Positions 41,819-52,320 of a DNA stretch of 64,000 nt are shown piece by piece. The DNA lies in the NCBI GenBank assembly GCA_965248195.1, contig CBDFIQ010000002.1:2880001-2944000 (forward strand), written 5' to 3'. A program made the translations under genes and the position numbers. The stretch is from Longimicrobiales bacterium. GTDB taxonomy: Bacteria > Gemmatimonadota > Gemmatimonadetes > Longimicrobiales > Gaopeijiaceae. The notes under the pieces are model-generated. The model was not told where the DNA came from. It made no database searches and saw only the letters and a list, made by a program, of their open reading frames with translations. Within the stretch, counting starts at the first letter, position 1, and the number at the start of each line of letters is the position of its first letter.

Positions 41819-42762
41819 CTAGCTTTCCGATCCTGTCACCGTCGCCACAGAGCCGAACTGACTCTCGGTCGGCTCAGCTCAGCAGAACCACGCTTCAGTC
41901 AGGTGCGGTGATCGGACACTCCGACGGCGGTATCGGGGTTGGGCTACGGTCCACGGGCCAAAAATGGTCGCAACGGCAAGCTCCTTGATTCGGTAGAACG
42001 TCGTTGCCGGGTCTTCACCCGAGTTGGCTGCTTCTTCAGCGACTCGCGAGACCTGCTGTTGTAGCGCGTCCACCTTGGGATCCGAATGCTGCCAGGTGTA
42101 CACGAAGTCCTTCTGAACCAGCCTCCCCAAGGAGGGCTGGATCTCAGGGATATCGAGGAGCCATGAGCCTGGAGGCAGAAGGAGTCTGATGGAGTATTGC
42201 ACTGGATCGAGGTGATAGATCAAATCGTGCTTCTGCACGAACTCGAGCAGCTCCAAATATCCCGACAGCGTCGTCCAAGGCGTGAAAGGCAACAGCGAGG
42301 GGCGAAGGGCTACGTCGGCGAATCGCGTGATCTCCAGGGCAGTGACCACGTCATCTCGGGTGTGACCCTTGTCGAGATACCCGAGAATACGGTCGTCCAC
42401 ACTCTCCACAGCGGACACGACGAATATGCACCCGAGCGCCGCCAGCTCCATGACCGCGTCACGATGCTGGATCAGGTGCTCGATCTTGGCCGTGAAGTTG
42501 AAGCTCAGTTCGGGGTGGCGGTTACGCATCTCCCGAACGACCCCGAGCGAGTGCTTCACACCGTTCAGCGGATCGCCGTGTGCATGGGAGTCGAGATCCC
42601 CACAAAGTCGGCCCGGCGAACCTTGACCTCGTCGATAACCTCGACGGCGAGATCCAGGCATTCCACTTGATGGCGCCCTTCCGCGATCAAGTGTGCGGCA
42701 GCGGACGCTACTCCGAACGGCTGATGGCCGAGCTCATAGCAGGAGATGAGGAGTACGTTCAT
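41819..42762 (-). pseudogene. CUAEP-tail radical SAM selenoprotein, internally deleted and frameshifted
   Basis: The N-terminus MNVLLISCYELGHQP...PMHTAIR joins out of frame to LNGVKH...FTAKIEH. No CxxxCxxC motif is present. The C-terminus reads TEAWFC-TGA(41881-41879)-AEPTESQF...TAG 41821-41819. Confidence 0.75.
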
Positions 42763-42767
42763 TGCCA

Positions 42768-43793
42768 TCACCCGCCCCGCGTGTGCATCTCCCGGTGTGG
42801 ATCTTCGCGCAGATCTTCGATCTGATGGAGAGGGCCTCGGGAGCCCAGCGCCTGTCTATCCTCGGCCCCACGGTCGGTACGATTCGTCCACCCCCGGACG
42901 ATCAGCGACCTGATCTCATCTTGGGAGGCCCGCTCTCGGAGAGGCCTCCGAAGGTCGATCCCGTCGGCCGCGTACAGACACAGGAACCACATCCCATCCG
43001 CAGTGAGCCGGCTCCGGTCGCAGGCGCTGCAGAACGGCTCGGTTGTCGAGGCGATGATGCCGAAGGTCGTCCCGTCCGTTAGCCCAAAGCGGTCCGCCGG
43101 AGCCGAGCCATTCTCGCGGAGCGGCTCGATCGCCCCATAGTGCCTCTCCAACAGGCTCAGAATCTCCCTCCTCGAAACGACCCGATCCATCGACCACCGC
43201 GTGGCTCCGCCCACGTCCATGTACTCGATGAACCGGACTTCTGCGCCCCTATCCCTACCGAAGTCGATCATGTCCGTGAGTTCGTCGTCGTTGAACCCGC
43301 GCATGACAACGGTATTGATCTTGAGGGGTTTCAGCCCGCTTTCCGCGGCGGCATCGATACCTTCGAGCACCTGGGCGAGACGGTCGCGGCGCGTCAGTTG
43401 CTTGAACCGCTCCGGCCGTAGCGTATCCAGGCTCACGGTGACGCGGTCTAGTCCTGCGCTCCGGAGTGACTCCGCCTGCTGCGCCAGTAACACCCCGTTG
43501 GTGGTCATGCTCAGGTCACGAAGGTCCGGGTTCGCCGCCAGCCGCTCCACCACATCCGCCGCTTCGCGGCGGAGCAGCGGCTCGCCGCCCGTGAGCCTCA
43601 CCTTGTCCACCCCCAACTCGCTGAAGACATTGACGAGATCGCCGATCTGTTCGACGGTGAGGATGTCTTCGCGGGGCAGCCAGACATACTCCTCCTCGGG
43701 CATACAGTACTGGCAACGCAGGTTGCATTTGTCGATCAGTGAGACCCGGAGGCTCTTAAGAGGCCGGCCGAACGTGTCTGGCACTGTGCGCAT
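42768..43793 (-). CDS. moaA: GTP 3',8-cyclase (molybdenum cofactor biosynthesis)
   Basis: DTFGRP...LRVSLIDKCNLRCQYCMP, RLTGGEPLLR, FCSACDRSRL...CL, C-terminal GG. Confidence 0.95.
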   Translation of the reverse strand: MRTVPDTFGRPLKSLRVSLIDKCNLRCQYCMPEEEYVWLPREDILTVEQIGDLVNVFSELGVDKVRLTGGEPLLRREAADVVERLAANPDLRDLSMTTNGVLLAQQAESLRSAGLDRVTVSLDTLRPERFKQLTRRDRLAQVLEGIDAAAESGLKPLKINTVVMRGFNDDELTDMIDFGRDRGAEVRFIEYMDVGGATRWSMDRVVSRREILSLLERHYGAIEPLRENGSAPADRFGLTDGTTFGIIASTTEPFCSACDRSRLTADGMWFLCLYAADGIDLRRPLRERASQDEIRSLIVRGWTNRTDRGAEDRQALGSRGPLHQIEDLREDPHREMHTRGG

Positions 43794-44029
43794 TTTCCTT
43801 GGTCTCAACTTCCCGAGGGACGGGGCAGGGCTACGTGGGCCGCCGCGATCAGTTTCCTGGGGTCTTAACCTATACATTCAGATACCAACATGTGGCATCG
43901 AGAATCAGCCGCGAGTATCCTGGCCCGCCCATGCCCCCACTGAGGTCACGTTCGGTCTCCGCCCAAGACGTGAGTTCGACTCTGGTCTCTGTCAACATCG
44001 GCAGCGGGGAGTACCGTTAGCTTACAGTC

Positions 44030-44233
44030 ATGGATTTGACGCCTGAGGAGCAACCCGTCGTCCGTCGTGCTGTGGCGGCGTACCACGAGATGAAGAAGCG
44101 GCACAAGGGGCCTTTCAGAGGGACGACTGCCAACGAGATTCTCGAAGAATTGAAGCCGTCCCTAGTTCGTTGGACTGAACTCGCCGCGTTCGTGATCGAA
44201 AGGGCAAAAGGACCCACACTGAGGAATCGCTAA
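44030..44233 (+). CDS. Small hypothetical protein
   Basis: 67-aa ATG ORF in otherwise empty space; no recognisable motif. Confidence 0.35.
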   Translation: MDLTPEEQPVVRRAVAAYHEMKKRHKGPFRGTTANEILEELKPSLVRWTELAAFVIERAKGPTLRNR

Positions 44234-44337
44234 CTTGGCGCGCCAGCTCACGCCGCTGGTCGCCATAGTGGTCAGACATGAGAATCGCGATTCGTTGGGT
44301 GCACCCTCTTGGGAATGGGCATGAATCTATGATAAGG

Positions 44338-44649
44338 ATGCCGAGTGCCCGTTTTTCGGTCGGTGACGTAGTGCACCACAAGCTGTTCGATTACCGAGGT
44401 GTAATCGTCGATGTCGATACGCACTTTCAAGGAACCGAAGAATGGTACGAAGCCGTGGCGCGTTCGAGACCACCCAAGCACCGTCCTTGGTATCACGTAT
44501 TGCCTCACGGAGCCCAACATCAAACGTATGTATCCGAACGAAACCTCGAACCAGATCACAGCGGCCTGCCCATTCAAAATCCCTTAGTGGAGCGCTACTT
44601 CACTGATTTCAGCAACGGGCGGTACGTCAATGATGTTCAGTTCCATTAG
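44338..44649 (+). CDS. hspQ: Heat shock protein HspQ (YccV-like)
   Basis: FSVGDVVHHKLFDYRGVIVDVD...PWYHVL...YVSERNL. Confidence 0.9.
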   Translation: MPSARFSVGDVVHHKLFDYRGVIVDVDTHFQGTEEWYEAVARSRPPKHRPWYHVLPHGAQHQTYVSERNLEPDHSGLPIQNPLVERYFTDFSNGRYVNDVQFH

Positions 44650-44941
44650 GGATCACGCCGTCTTACCGATCCGTCGAGCAGCTCGCGAGTGGATCCCCAA
44701 TACGATGACCCCGGGATTCGTGTGCCGAGGCGCCGAGTTCCACTTCGTGGGCGTGATCTTCGTCGTCCGACAGTTCCGGGAATACCTGCGACTGAGGCCG
44801 GCTCGGTTCATCGGCCAGGACGGAGGGCTGCGGCGGGAGTAGGGTGCCGGGTGAGCCCGACCTCGATCCGCTGGAACTGGTGCCGAGGGTCGACGGTTGG
44901 GAACCTGCAAGAGCTGAACGTACTCGGCTAGCGGGGGACGC

Positions 44942-45625
44942 GTGACCAAAAGATCCAATCCGAGGAACCGGCTGTCGGTCCTCATGGGAATCGCACTGGT
45001 CTCGGGTGCCTGCTCGGATAGCGGCGATGCGCCCACCGGGCCCGTCGCCAGGCAGCCGGAGGCCATCGAGCTCGCCGTCCGTGTGCACCTCGTGCAGTCC
45101 GACCAGCTGGACGCGCTGAACGTTCGCCTGAGCGAGACAGAAGTCGCCCAGCTCATGACCGCCGTGAACGAGACGTGGGCGCAGGCCGGGATCGTCTGGA
45201 GCGTGGAGAGCATCGTCCGGGAGGATGCCCGGAACGAGTTCTTGTTCCGTCGTGCCCTGACAGATCCCACCGTGAGCCCGATCTCCGTCCTCACCTCCGT
45301 CCTCACATCGGAGAACCTGGGGCCCGACATCTGGAACGTCTTTATGATCCGGGATTTCGGGGGCGGAGTTGGAGGCGTGTATCTAGGGATCGAGGGGGTG
45401 GTGGTCTCCACGGAGATCGATCCCGGCGGACTGCGTGACATTGACGGAGGCATGGCGCGCATCCTTGCCCATGAGCTCGGTCACTCCCTGGGCTTGGTTC
45501 ACGTGCCGTGCATGGCCCAAGGCAACCTCATGGCGGCTGGATGCACCCTGGGCTCACGTACGTTCCTCGACGCGACCCAGATCACGGGTGTTCGGCGGCA
45601 GGCGGAGACGGGAAGACCGTTCTAG
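44942..45625 (+). CDS. Metzincin zinc metalloprotease lipoprotein
   Basis: Lipobox VSGAC; HELGHSLGLVH followed by Met-turn NLM. Confidence 0.8.
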   Translation: MTKRSNPRNRLSVLMGIALVSGACSDSGDAPTGPVARQPEAIELAVRVHLVQSDQLDALNVRLSETEVAQLMTAVNETWAQAGIVWSVESIVREDARNEFLFRRALTDPTVSPISVLTSVLTSENLGPDIWNVFMIRDFGGGVGGVYLGIEGVVVSTEIDPGGLRDIDGGMARILAHELGHSLGLVHVPCMAQGNLMAAGCTLGSRTFLDATQITGVRRQAETGRPF

Positions 45626-45634
45626 GTCGGAAGC

Positions 45635-46399
45635 CTATCCCTCCCCCGACCCGGCGCTCCGCGCCAGCCACCAAGTGTCGACCACGAACGAGTAGACGAG
45701 GAGGAGCAGGGCCGAGGCCGCGAGCGCGGTGGCGGGCGCCGCCCGGGTCACTGGGGCCAGGCAGATCACGAGCACGATCCCCTGCACCACGCAAACCACC
45801 TTCCGCCGCCGGCTGGGCGGCAGAGCCCCACGGAGCGGTGGCCACAGCAGGCCCCCGAGCACGAAGACGTACCGCAGCCCACCGACGAGCAGGACCCAGG
45901 ATCCCACGCTCCCGCTCCACCAGACCAACACGGACAGCACCAGGAGCAGGAACGCGTCCAGCTCCATGTCGAAGCGGGCCCCGAAGGCGCTCTCCGTGCC
46001 GGTTCGCCGCGCGAGGAGTCCGTCGAGCCCGTCCAGCACCAGCGCCATAGTGGACAGCCCCACCATCCACCAGTAGCTCGCTCCCGTGAACACGCCGGGC
46101 AAAAGAGCCAGCACCGCAAGAGGCAGCACGAGGGCGGCGCGGGCCAGCGTCAGCCGGTTGGCGGGCCCGAGGCCGGGGCCGGGGTGGGAGGGTGGCAGCT
46201 TCGCGAGCAGTAGCGCGCCCAGCGCGGCGTATAGTCCGACGGCGAGAAGCACGTGGCTGGTCGAAAGGGCCAGCATCCAACAAGTTGCGAGGGACACGGC
46301 CAGGAGGGGTAGGAGCCCCAACACCACATCGCGCAGCGGCGACGAGGGTCTCTCCCCGGAAGTGGGAGGCGGAGGTTGCGTCCACGTGGTCTGACTCAT
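45635..46399 (-). CDS. CDP-alcohol phosphatidyltransferase family protein
   Basis: ANRLTLAR...DGLDGLLARR...FGARFDMELD; start moved to ATG 46399. Confidence 0.9.
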   Translation of the reverse strand: MSQTTWTQPPPPTSGERPSSPLRDVVLGLLPLLAVSLATCWMLALSTSHVLLAVGLYAALGALLLAKLPPSHPGPGLGPANRLTLARAALVLPLAVLALLPGVFTGASYWWMVGLSTMALVLDGLDGLLARRTGTESAFGARFDMELDAFLLLVLSVLVWWSGSVGSWVLLVGGLRYVFVLGGLLWPPLRGALPPSRRRKVVCVVQGIVLVICLAPVTRAAPATALAASALLLLVYSFVVDTWWLARSAGSGEG

Positions 46400-46435
46400 G
46401 GGACCGACATTAACTTCGGAGGAACGAGAACGCTC

Positions 46436-47428
46436 GTGCCGAGGACCACTCGCCAGTTCTGGATCCGAGCTCCGGGCCGCGGAGAGATGGTCACGTCCCC
46501 ACTCGGTCCCCGGGGGCCGGACCATGTGCTCGTGCGCGCCCTCTATTCCGGCATCAGCCGAGGCACGGAATCGCTCGTCTTTCGGGGCGAGGTGCCGCCG
46601 TCCCAGCACCAGGTGATGCGGGCGCCGTTCCAGGAGGGCGCCTTTCCCGGACCCGTCAAATATGGCTACAGCAGCGTGGGCGAAGTACTGGAAGCGCCGG
46701 CCCAGCCCGAGCCCTCGCTCGTCGGGCGGCACGTCTTCTGCCTCCACCCTCACCAGGACCTCTATCTGGTGCCGGCTCGGGCCGTGTGCGTCCTGCCGGA
46801 CGGCCTACCCCCCGAGCGCGCCGTCCTCGGCGCGAACATGGAGACCGCGCTCAACGCGGTGTGGGACGCTCGACCGTCGGCTGGTGACCGCATCGTCGTG
46901 ATCGGGGGCGGGGCCGTGGGACTCCTCGTCGCCTGGTTATGCCGGCAGATTCCCGCAGCTCGGGTGAGCCTGGTGGACGTCGACCCCTCCCGAGAGGGTG
47001 TTGCCCGGAGCCTGGGGCTGGAATTCGCCGATAGCGCCCCGGCCGGAGCGGACGCCGATTTCGTCTTCCACGCGAGCGGAAGCCCGGAGGGGCTCGAAGC
47101 CGCCCTGTCGGTGGCGGGCGTCGAGGCCGCGGTGGTCGAGCTGAGTTGGTACGGCACCCAGTCCGTCCCCCTCCCCCTGGGAGAGGCCTTCCACTCCCGC
47201 CGGCTCACCCTCCGGAGCAGCCAGGTGGGCCGCATCCCCGTGGACCGGGCTCCACGCTGGGATCACGCCCGCCGACTCGGCGTCGCGCTCGATCTCCTTT
47301 GCGACGAGCGGCTCGACCTCCTCATCTCGGGAGAGAGCGACTTCGAGACGCTCCCGGAGGTGATGGGCCGCCTCGCCGAAGACGGGCGGGGGGTCCTGTG
47401 TCACCGCATCCGCTACGAACAACGCTGA
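46436..47428 (+). CDS. Medium-chain (zinc-binding-type) dehydrogenase
   Basis: SGISRGTE, GYSSVG, VIGGGAVG, ELSWYG...FHSRRL. Confidence 0.85.
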   Translation: MPRTTRQFWIRAPGRGEMVTSPLGPRGPDHVLVRALYSGISRGTESLVFRGEVPPSQHQVMRAPFQEGAFPGPVKYGYSSVGEVLEAPAQPEPSLVGRHVFCLHPHQDLYLVPARAVCVLPDGLPPERAVLGANMETALNAVWDARPSAGDRIVVIGGGAVGLLVAWLCRQIPAARVSLVDVDPSREGVARSLGLEFADSAPAGADADFVFHASGSPEGLEAALSVAGVEAAVVELSWYGTQSVPLPLGEAFHSRRLTLRSSQVGRIPVDRAPRWDHARRLGVALDLLCDERLDLLISGESDFETLPEVMGRLAEDGRGVLCHRIRYEQR

Positions 47429-47461
47429 CCGCGGCCCCGAGCCGCCTGGAGACAGCACCTA

Positions 47462-47860
47462 ATGTACAGCCTGAACGTTCGTGATCACTTCATGATCGCC
47501 CACAGCTTCCGGGGCAAGATCTTTGGACCGGCGCAGCGGCTCCACGGAGCTACCTACGTGGTCGACGCCACCTTCCGGCGCGATCCGCTCGACTCCGACG
47601 GCCTGGTCGTCGACATCGGACTCGCCAGCGCGGCCCTGAAGGAGGTCCTCGGGGAGCTCGACTTCCGGAATCTGGACGACGAGGCCGCCTTCACGGGGCA
47701 GAACACAACGACCGAGTTCCTGGCGCGCACCGTTTTCGACCGGCTCGTGGTGGCGATCCGGGACGGTCGCCTCGGCGACGAAGCGCGAGGGCTCCAGGAA
47801 CTGAGCGTGACGCTCCACGAGTCGCACGTGGCCTGGGCGTCGTTCGAAGGGTCGGTTTGA
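47462..47860 (+). CDS. 6-pyruvoyl-tetrahydropterin synthase-like protein (COG0720, non-QueD subtype)
   Basis: HFMIAHSF...[12 protein letters not shown]...NLD...TTEFLA...HES; lacks the QueD CxxxHGH motif. Confidence 0.85.
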   Translation: MYSLNVRDHFMIAHSFRGKIFGPAQRLHGATYVVDATFRRDPLDSDGLVVDIGLASAALKEVLGELDFRNLDDEAAFTGQNTTTEFLARTVFDRLVVAIRDGRLGDEARGLQELSVTLHESHVAWASFEGSV

Positions 47861-48930
47861 GCGAGCGGGAGCTCCATTTCATCGTTCCGGGGCCGCTCGA
47901 CCAGCGGACCGGCGGCTCCCTCTACGACGCCCGGATCGTCGAGGGCCTGACGGCGTTGGGCTGGACGGTGATCGCCCATGGGCTCGACGGCAGCTTCCCT
48001 GAGGGCGACGCGTGCGCGGAGTCCAGCCTCGCCCGCACCCTCGTGGGGATCGCCCAAGGCACCCGGGTGGTCCTGGACGGTCTCGCTATGAGCCCCCTTC
48101 CCAACCCTCTCCGGGCGCACCGAGACCGCCTGCGGCTGACCGCCCTAATTCACCATCCTCTTGCCGACGAGACGGGGTTGGAGGCCGCCGAGCGAGCGCG
48201 CCTCGCCCGATTGGAGAGGGAGTCTCTGGCGCAGTGCACCGGGGCGGTCGTGACGAGCGCGTTCACCGCGCGCCGGCTCGGGGCGTACGGCGTCCCGGCC
48301 TCGCACGTCCGCGTCGTACCGCCCGGGACGGAAAAGGCGCAGGCCGCGGTGGGCCCCGGGGCCGGCGAGCCTCCCCGCCTGCTATGCGTGGGCTCGGTGA
48401 GCCCCCGAAAAGGACAGGACCTGTTGGTGCGCGCCCTCGCCCGCATCCCCACCTTCCCCTGGAGCTGCCTTTGCGCGGGGAGCCTGACGCGAGCGCCGGA
48501 ATTCGCCGACTCGGTGCTGGGGCTGGCGCGAGCGCTGGGTCTGGAGGATCGGATCGACTTCCCCGGCGAGCTCGGCGCCCCGGAGCTCGACACGCTCTAT
48601 CACTCCGCTTCGATCTTCGTGCTTGCGACCCACTACGAGGGCTACGGCATGGTGCTGGCTGAGGCCCTCGCCCGCGGCCTCCCGGTCGTGAGCACGCGCG
48701 GAGGAGCGGTTCCGGATACCGTGCCCCCCGAGGCCTGCGTGCTCGTGCCCCCCGGAGACGAGCGGGCCCTGGCAGCCGCGCTGCGGGAGCTCCTTTCGGG
48801 CTCGGCGGGGGCCGCGCGGCGAGCCCGGCTCGCGGAGGGATCGCTCCGCCACGGCCGCTCCCTCCCCACCTGGGGCGACGCGGCGCTGGCCTTCGAGAGC
48901 GCCGTTCGGGAGCTCTCTCCGGATGGGTGA
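47857..48930 (+). CDS. GT4 glycosyltransferase
   Basis: [26 protein letters not shown]...GLPVV. Confidence 0.9.
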   Translation: MSERELHFIVPGPLDQRTGGSLYDARIVEGLTALGWTVIAHGLDGSFPEGDACAESSLARTLVGIAQGTRVVLDGLAMSPLPNPLRAHRDRLRLTALIHHPLADETGLEAAERARLARLERESLAQCTGAVVTSAFTARRLGAYGVPASHVRVVPPGTEKAQAAVGPGAGEPPRLLCVGSVSPRKGQDLLVRALARIPTFPWSCLCAGSLTRAPEFADSVLGLARALGLEDRIDFPGELGAPELDTLYHSASIFVLATHYEGYGMVLAEALARGLPVVSTRGGAVPDTVPPEACVLVPPGDERALAAALRELLSGSAGAARRARLAEGSLRHGRSLPTWGDAALAFESAVRELSPDG

Positions 48931-49744
48931 GGAGATCTTCACTCTCGACTGGCTGGCCCTGCGCGAGCCGGTGGATCACCGCTCCCGCGCTGCCGATCTC
49001 ATGGCCCCCCTCGCCGAGTGGTGGGGGGGCCGTCCGAGCCAGCGGGTGCTCGACCTGGGCAGTGGTACCGGATCCAACCTCCGCTACCTCGCGCCCCGGC
49101 TCCCGGGAAAGCAGGAGTGGACGTTGGTGGACAGAAACGCCGCTCTGCTCGACCAGGCGACGGGCGCCGCCGTCGCCGTCGCCGGGGTGGCTCGGGTGAA
49201 GTGCGTCCCCGGCGAGCTGGACCGGGCGGGGTTGGGGCTCGTCCCCGAAGCCGACCTCGTGACGGCCTCGGCGCTGCTGGACCTGGTGACCCACGAGTGG
49301 TTGGAGCAGCTCGTCGCGACGTGCCGGGCGGCCGGGAACGCGGCCCTGTTTACGCTCACCTGGGACGGCACGATGACCTGGGATGACCCCGACCCCGACG
49401 ACGCGCTTGTCGCCGAGGCGGTTCGGATCCATCAGCTCCGGGACAAAGGAATGGGGCCGGCGCTCGGACCGGCGGCCGGGCCGGCGGCGGAGCGCGCGTT
49501 CCGAGTGGCCGGATATCACACCTGGCTCCAGCCGAGCCCCTGGCGCCTGGGCGCCGCCGACGGTTCGCTGGCTCGCGCGCTAATCGACGGGTGGGGGGCA
49601 GCTGCTTCGGAGCAGCGCCCCGAGAACGCCCCGCTCATCCGGGGTTGGGCGGAGCGCCGGCGCGCCACGGCCGCCCCGGGGTTCGGGCTCGAGGTGGGAC
49701 ACGTGGACCTGCTGGCCCTCCCCCCGAGCCCAAGCGCTCCGTGA
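48923..49744 (+). CDS. Class I SAM-dependent methyltransferase-like protein
   Basis: WLALREPVD, VLDLGSGTGSN, DLVTASALLD. Confidence 0.85.
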   Translation: MGEEIFTLDWLALREPVDHRSRAADLMAPLAEWWGGRPSQRVLDLGSGTGSNLRYLAPRLPGKQEWTLVDRNAALLDQATGAAVAVAGVARVKCVPGELDRAGLGLVPEADLVTASALLDLVTHEWLEQLVATCRAAGNAALFTLTWDGTMTWDDPDPDDALVAEAVRIHQLRDKGMGPALGPAAGPAAERAFRVAGYHTWLQPSPWRLGAADGSLARALIDGWGAAASEQRPENAPLIRGWAERRRATAAPGFGLEVGHVDLLALPPSPSAP

Positions 49745-49838
49745 TCCGCGGTCTCCTCCGTACCGGGGTGAGCCACGATCTCGGCCGCATACGGGATCCT
49801 GGTGCTGCCGTCGAACCTTCCGGGAGCCCTTGTCCTGC

Positions 49839-50720
49839 TCAGCTCAGGTCGAGATCGAAGAGGAGGTCGTCTCCCAGGGGTACGTGACGGCACCGAGCGC
49901 GCAGCGACTGGTCCGGGGTCTCAATCGGCGGAAGGGTGATCCCCGGACGGCCCGAGCCCATCAACATAGGCGCGACGGTCAGGTGGAGTCGGTCGAGGAG
50001 GCCGGCCTCGAGGAACCTCGACACCGTGACCCCTCCACCCTCCACCAGCACCCGCCGAAGCCCGCCGGCACGGAGCGCTTCCAGCACGGCCCCCGGCTCG
50101 AAGCCCTCGGGGCCGGAGGCGAGAAGTGTGAGGACTTCCGGCCCATCCCCCGGCGTCCGGACCGGGCCCGCAGGAGCCGCGGTGCGGCGCACCACGAGCG
50201 TCCGGGCCGCTCGGTCCGAGAACACCCGACGGTCCTGACCGAGGCGACCATCCGGATCGAGCACCACGCGGACCGGATTCTCCCCCTCCACCTCCCGCAC
50301 CGTGAGCCCCGGATCGTCCAGCGCCACGGTGCTGGCCCCCACGATCACGGCGTCGACCAGAGCCCGAAGTCGGTGGAGGCGGCGGATGTCCTCCGGTCCG
50401 GTGATGTAGTGGGACTTCCCGCTCACCGTCGCGATGCGGCCGTCCAGGCTCTGGCCGAGCTGCCCGATGACGAAATCGGATCCGCGGGTGAGCGGCAGAT
50501 AGAGGTCAAGCAGATCTCGAGCCGCGGGCGTGGGCGGAGCCGAGGCCTCCCAGGCGCCGGACTCGCTCAGCTCGAGCCAGAGGTCGGGGCGCGAGAGAGA
50601 AGCCACGCGACGAGGCCCGGGCTCGAGCACCGCTCGCGGAACGGCGGCGCGCACCAGCGCCCAGGCCGCGTCTTCGTCGAGCGCCGCGGTTTCGTCGAGC
50701 CGGGCGTCGTCCTCAGCCAA
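49839..50720 (-). CDS. RibD C-terminal reductase domain protein
   Basis: GQSLDGRIAT, HRLRA..DAVIVGAST...DDP.LTVR, VLVEGGG. Confidence 0.88.
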   Translation of the reverse strand: MAEDDARLDETAALDEDAAWALVRAAVPRAVLEPGPRRVASLSRPDLWLELSESGAWEASAPPTPAARDLLDLYLPLTRGSDFVIGQLGQSLDGRIATVSGKSHYITGPEDIRRLHRLRALVDAVIVGASTVALDDPGLTVREVEGENPVRVVLDPDGRLGQDRRVFSDRAARTLVVRRTAAPAGPVRTPGDGPEVLTLLASGPEGFEPGAVLEALRAGGLRRVLVEGGGVTVSRFLEAGLLDRLHLTVAPMLMGSGRPGITLPPIETPDQSLRARCRHVPLGDDLLFDLDLS

Positions 50721-50747
50721 CCCGACCCACCGCCTTCGCGGAGCCGC

Positions 50748-51560
50748 TCACGGGCCGTCCGTCTCCAGCCGGTCCAATGGAAACGCCCGTGCGTCCTCGA
50801 TTACCTCCGCCAGGACGGCCCCGTAGTGCGACACGAACCGTGCCCCCAGATCGGCGTCGGCCAGGGTCGCGTCCCCAACGGCTCCGTCGGGGTTTAGATC
50901 GCCTGCAAGCCAAGAGAATGAGGCCGAACCCGTCGGAGCCACCCTGCGTAGGGTCTCCCCAAGCTCCTCGCCGAAGGAGCGGGCCCGAGCCCCTTCGGAC
51001 ATGCGCACCAGATCCGGTCGGAGATGCATCATCATGGCGGTCTCCACCGCCCCGCCGTGGATGCCGTGCCGCCACTCCCCCTCCGGGAGTTCCACGTCTT
51101 CCGGCGGGGGGAAACGGAACCAGCTCGCGTGCACGACCAGCATTCCCAGCTCGTCGCGAAGCCGGAGACCGGCGGTCTCCAGCGCGTGCCTGTTCCCGCC
51201 GTGGCTGTTGCTCAGTACGAGCCGCCGCACCCCGATCTGCGCGAGGGCCTCGCCCGTCGCCTCGATCAGAGCGGAGAGCTGGTCCGGCTCGAGAGAGAGC
51301 GTTCCTGGAAAGCGTGCGTGCTCTCGGCTGCAGCCGATCGCTTGCGGCGGCAGAGCCCAGGCGGGAAAGTCGTCCGGCAGCCGCCGGAACGCCTCCGAGA
51401 GCAAGCCGAGCCCAATCTCCAGGTCGGTGGAGAGGGGCAGGTGAGGTCCGTGCTGCTCGATCGCGGCGACGGGCAGGACGACCACCGGATCGCTCAGCTC
51501 GATCGCATCTGCGTCCACCGTCGTCAGCGTCTGCCACCACCGGACCGCCCCGTCAGCCAT
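50748..51560 (-). CDS. Creatininase-family amidohydrolase (formamidopyrimidine deformylase-like)
   Basis: EQHGPHLPLSTD, S.EH..FPGT, NSHGGN, HGG..ET. Confidence 0.88.
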   Translation of the reverse strand: MADGAVRWWQTLTTVDADAIELSDPVVVLPVAAIEQHGPHLPLSTDLEIGLGLLSEAFRRLPDDFPAWALPPQAIGCSREHARFPGTLSLEPDQLSALIEATGEALAQIGVRRLVLSNSHGGNRHALETAGLRLRDELGMLVVHASWFRFPPPEDVELPEGEWRHGIHGGAVETAMMMHLRPDLVRMSEGARARSFGEELGETLRRVAPTGSASFSWLAGDLNPDGAVGDATLADADLGARFVSHYGAVLAEVIEDARAFPLDRLETDGP

Positions 51561-52320
51561 GGTTCGAGGGCTCGGTCAGGCGGGCGTAGACGTCCCCCGA
51601 AGAAACACTCCCCCCGCCGCTCCTCAGCCAGGCGACCATCTCATCGGCCGCGAGCCACCGCTTCGACACGAATCTCCTCTCCTCTCCTTCGACCGCGTTG
51701 AACTCGTACCCACTTAGCGCCTCGAGCCTCCGCACGCACGCCTCGGCGACGTCCAGAGCCCCTGCCACGAACTCGACGGAGAGCGCGGGGATACGGTGAC
51801 TCAACCCCGCCAGCACCTCGGCTTCGTACCCCTCCACGTCGATCTTGCAGAAGCGAGGAAGGCCATATTCCTCGATCAGCGCGTCCAAGGTCGTAACCGG
51901 CACCGTAACCGAGTCGTCCCAGCGCACGCCGCTGAAGACGGGGTTCCGATGGGCCAGGGTGGTGGGCCAGTCCTCGGCCAGGGAGGACATGCTCGGTGTG
52001 CGGCGACTCAAGGCCAAGCGTGCGGTGCCGACCGCGCGCCCCACGGCCTCCGCCCGAACCGAGACGTCCCGGCTGCGCCCCACCAACAGCACGAGCCAGC
52101 GGCGCACGGCGGGCTGGGGCTCCAAGGCCACCACCCGCGCACCCAGCTTCCGAAACGCATAAGTGCGGTCCCCCAGGTGCGCCCCAACGTCGAAGGCCAG
52201 ATCCCCAGCCCCGACGAAGGGGCGGTATAGCTCCCGAAGCCCGCGCTGCCGGCCCGGCCGCCAGTAGATGATCAGCGAGCGGACCAGGCCGAGCCAACGC
52301 TCAACGCTCCGCCACACCAT
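51553..52320 (-). CDS. FkbM-family methyltransferase
   Basis: FDVGAHLG, VALEP, TTLD, KIDVEGYEAEVL. Confidence 0.88.
   Translation of the reverse strand: MVWRSVERWLGLVRSLIIYWRPGRQRGLRELYRPFVGAGDLAFDVGAHLGDRTYAFRKLGARVVALEPQPAVRRWLVLLVGRSRDVSVRAEAVGRAVGTARLALSRRTPSMSSLAEDWPTTLAHRNPVFSGVRWDDSVTVPVTTLDALIEEYGLPRFCKIDVEGYEAEVLAGLSHRIPALSVEFVAGALDVAEACVRRLEALSGYEFNAVEGEERRFVSKRWLAADEMVAWLRSGGGSVSSGDVYARLTEPSNHG

Noticed and set aside
42565..42567. TGA ending the radical SAM N-terminal fragment as a possible Sec codon
   Set aside because: The homologous sequence resumes in a different frame, so this is a deletion junction rather than readthrough.
43890..43973. CPH-TGA motif resembling a CxxU selenoprotein
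   Set aside because: Another TGA follows 10 codons later; no thioredoxin-fold context or convincing SECIS.
44650..44940. Short overlapping ORFs between hspQ and the protease
   Set aside because: No recognisable product on either strand; possibly a remnant but not supportable.
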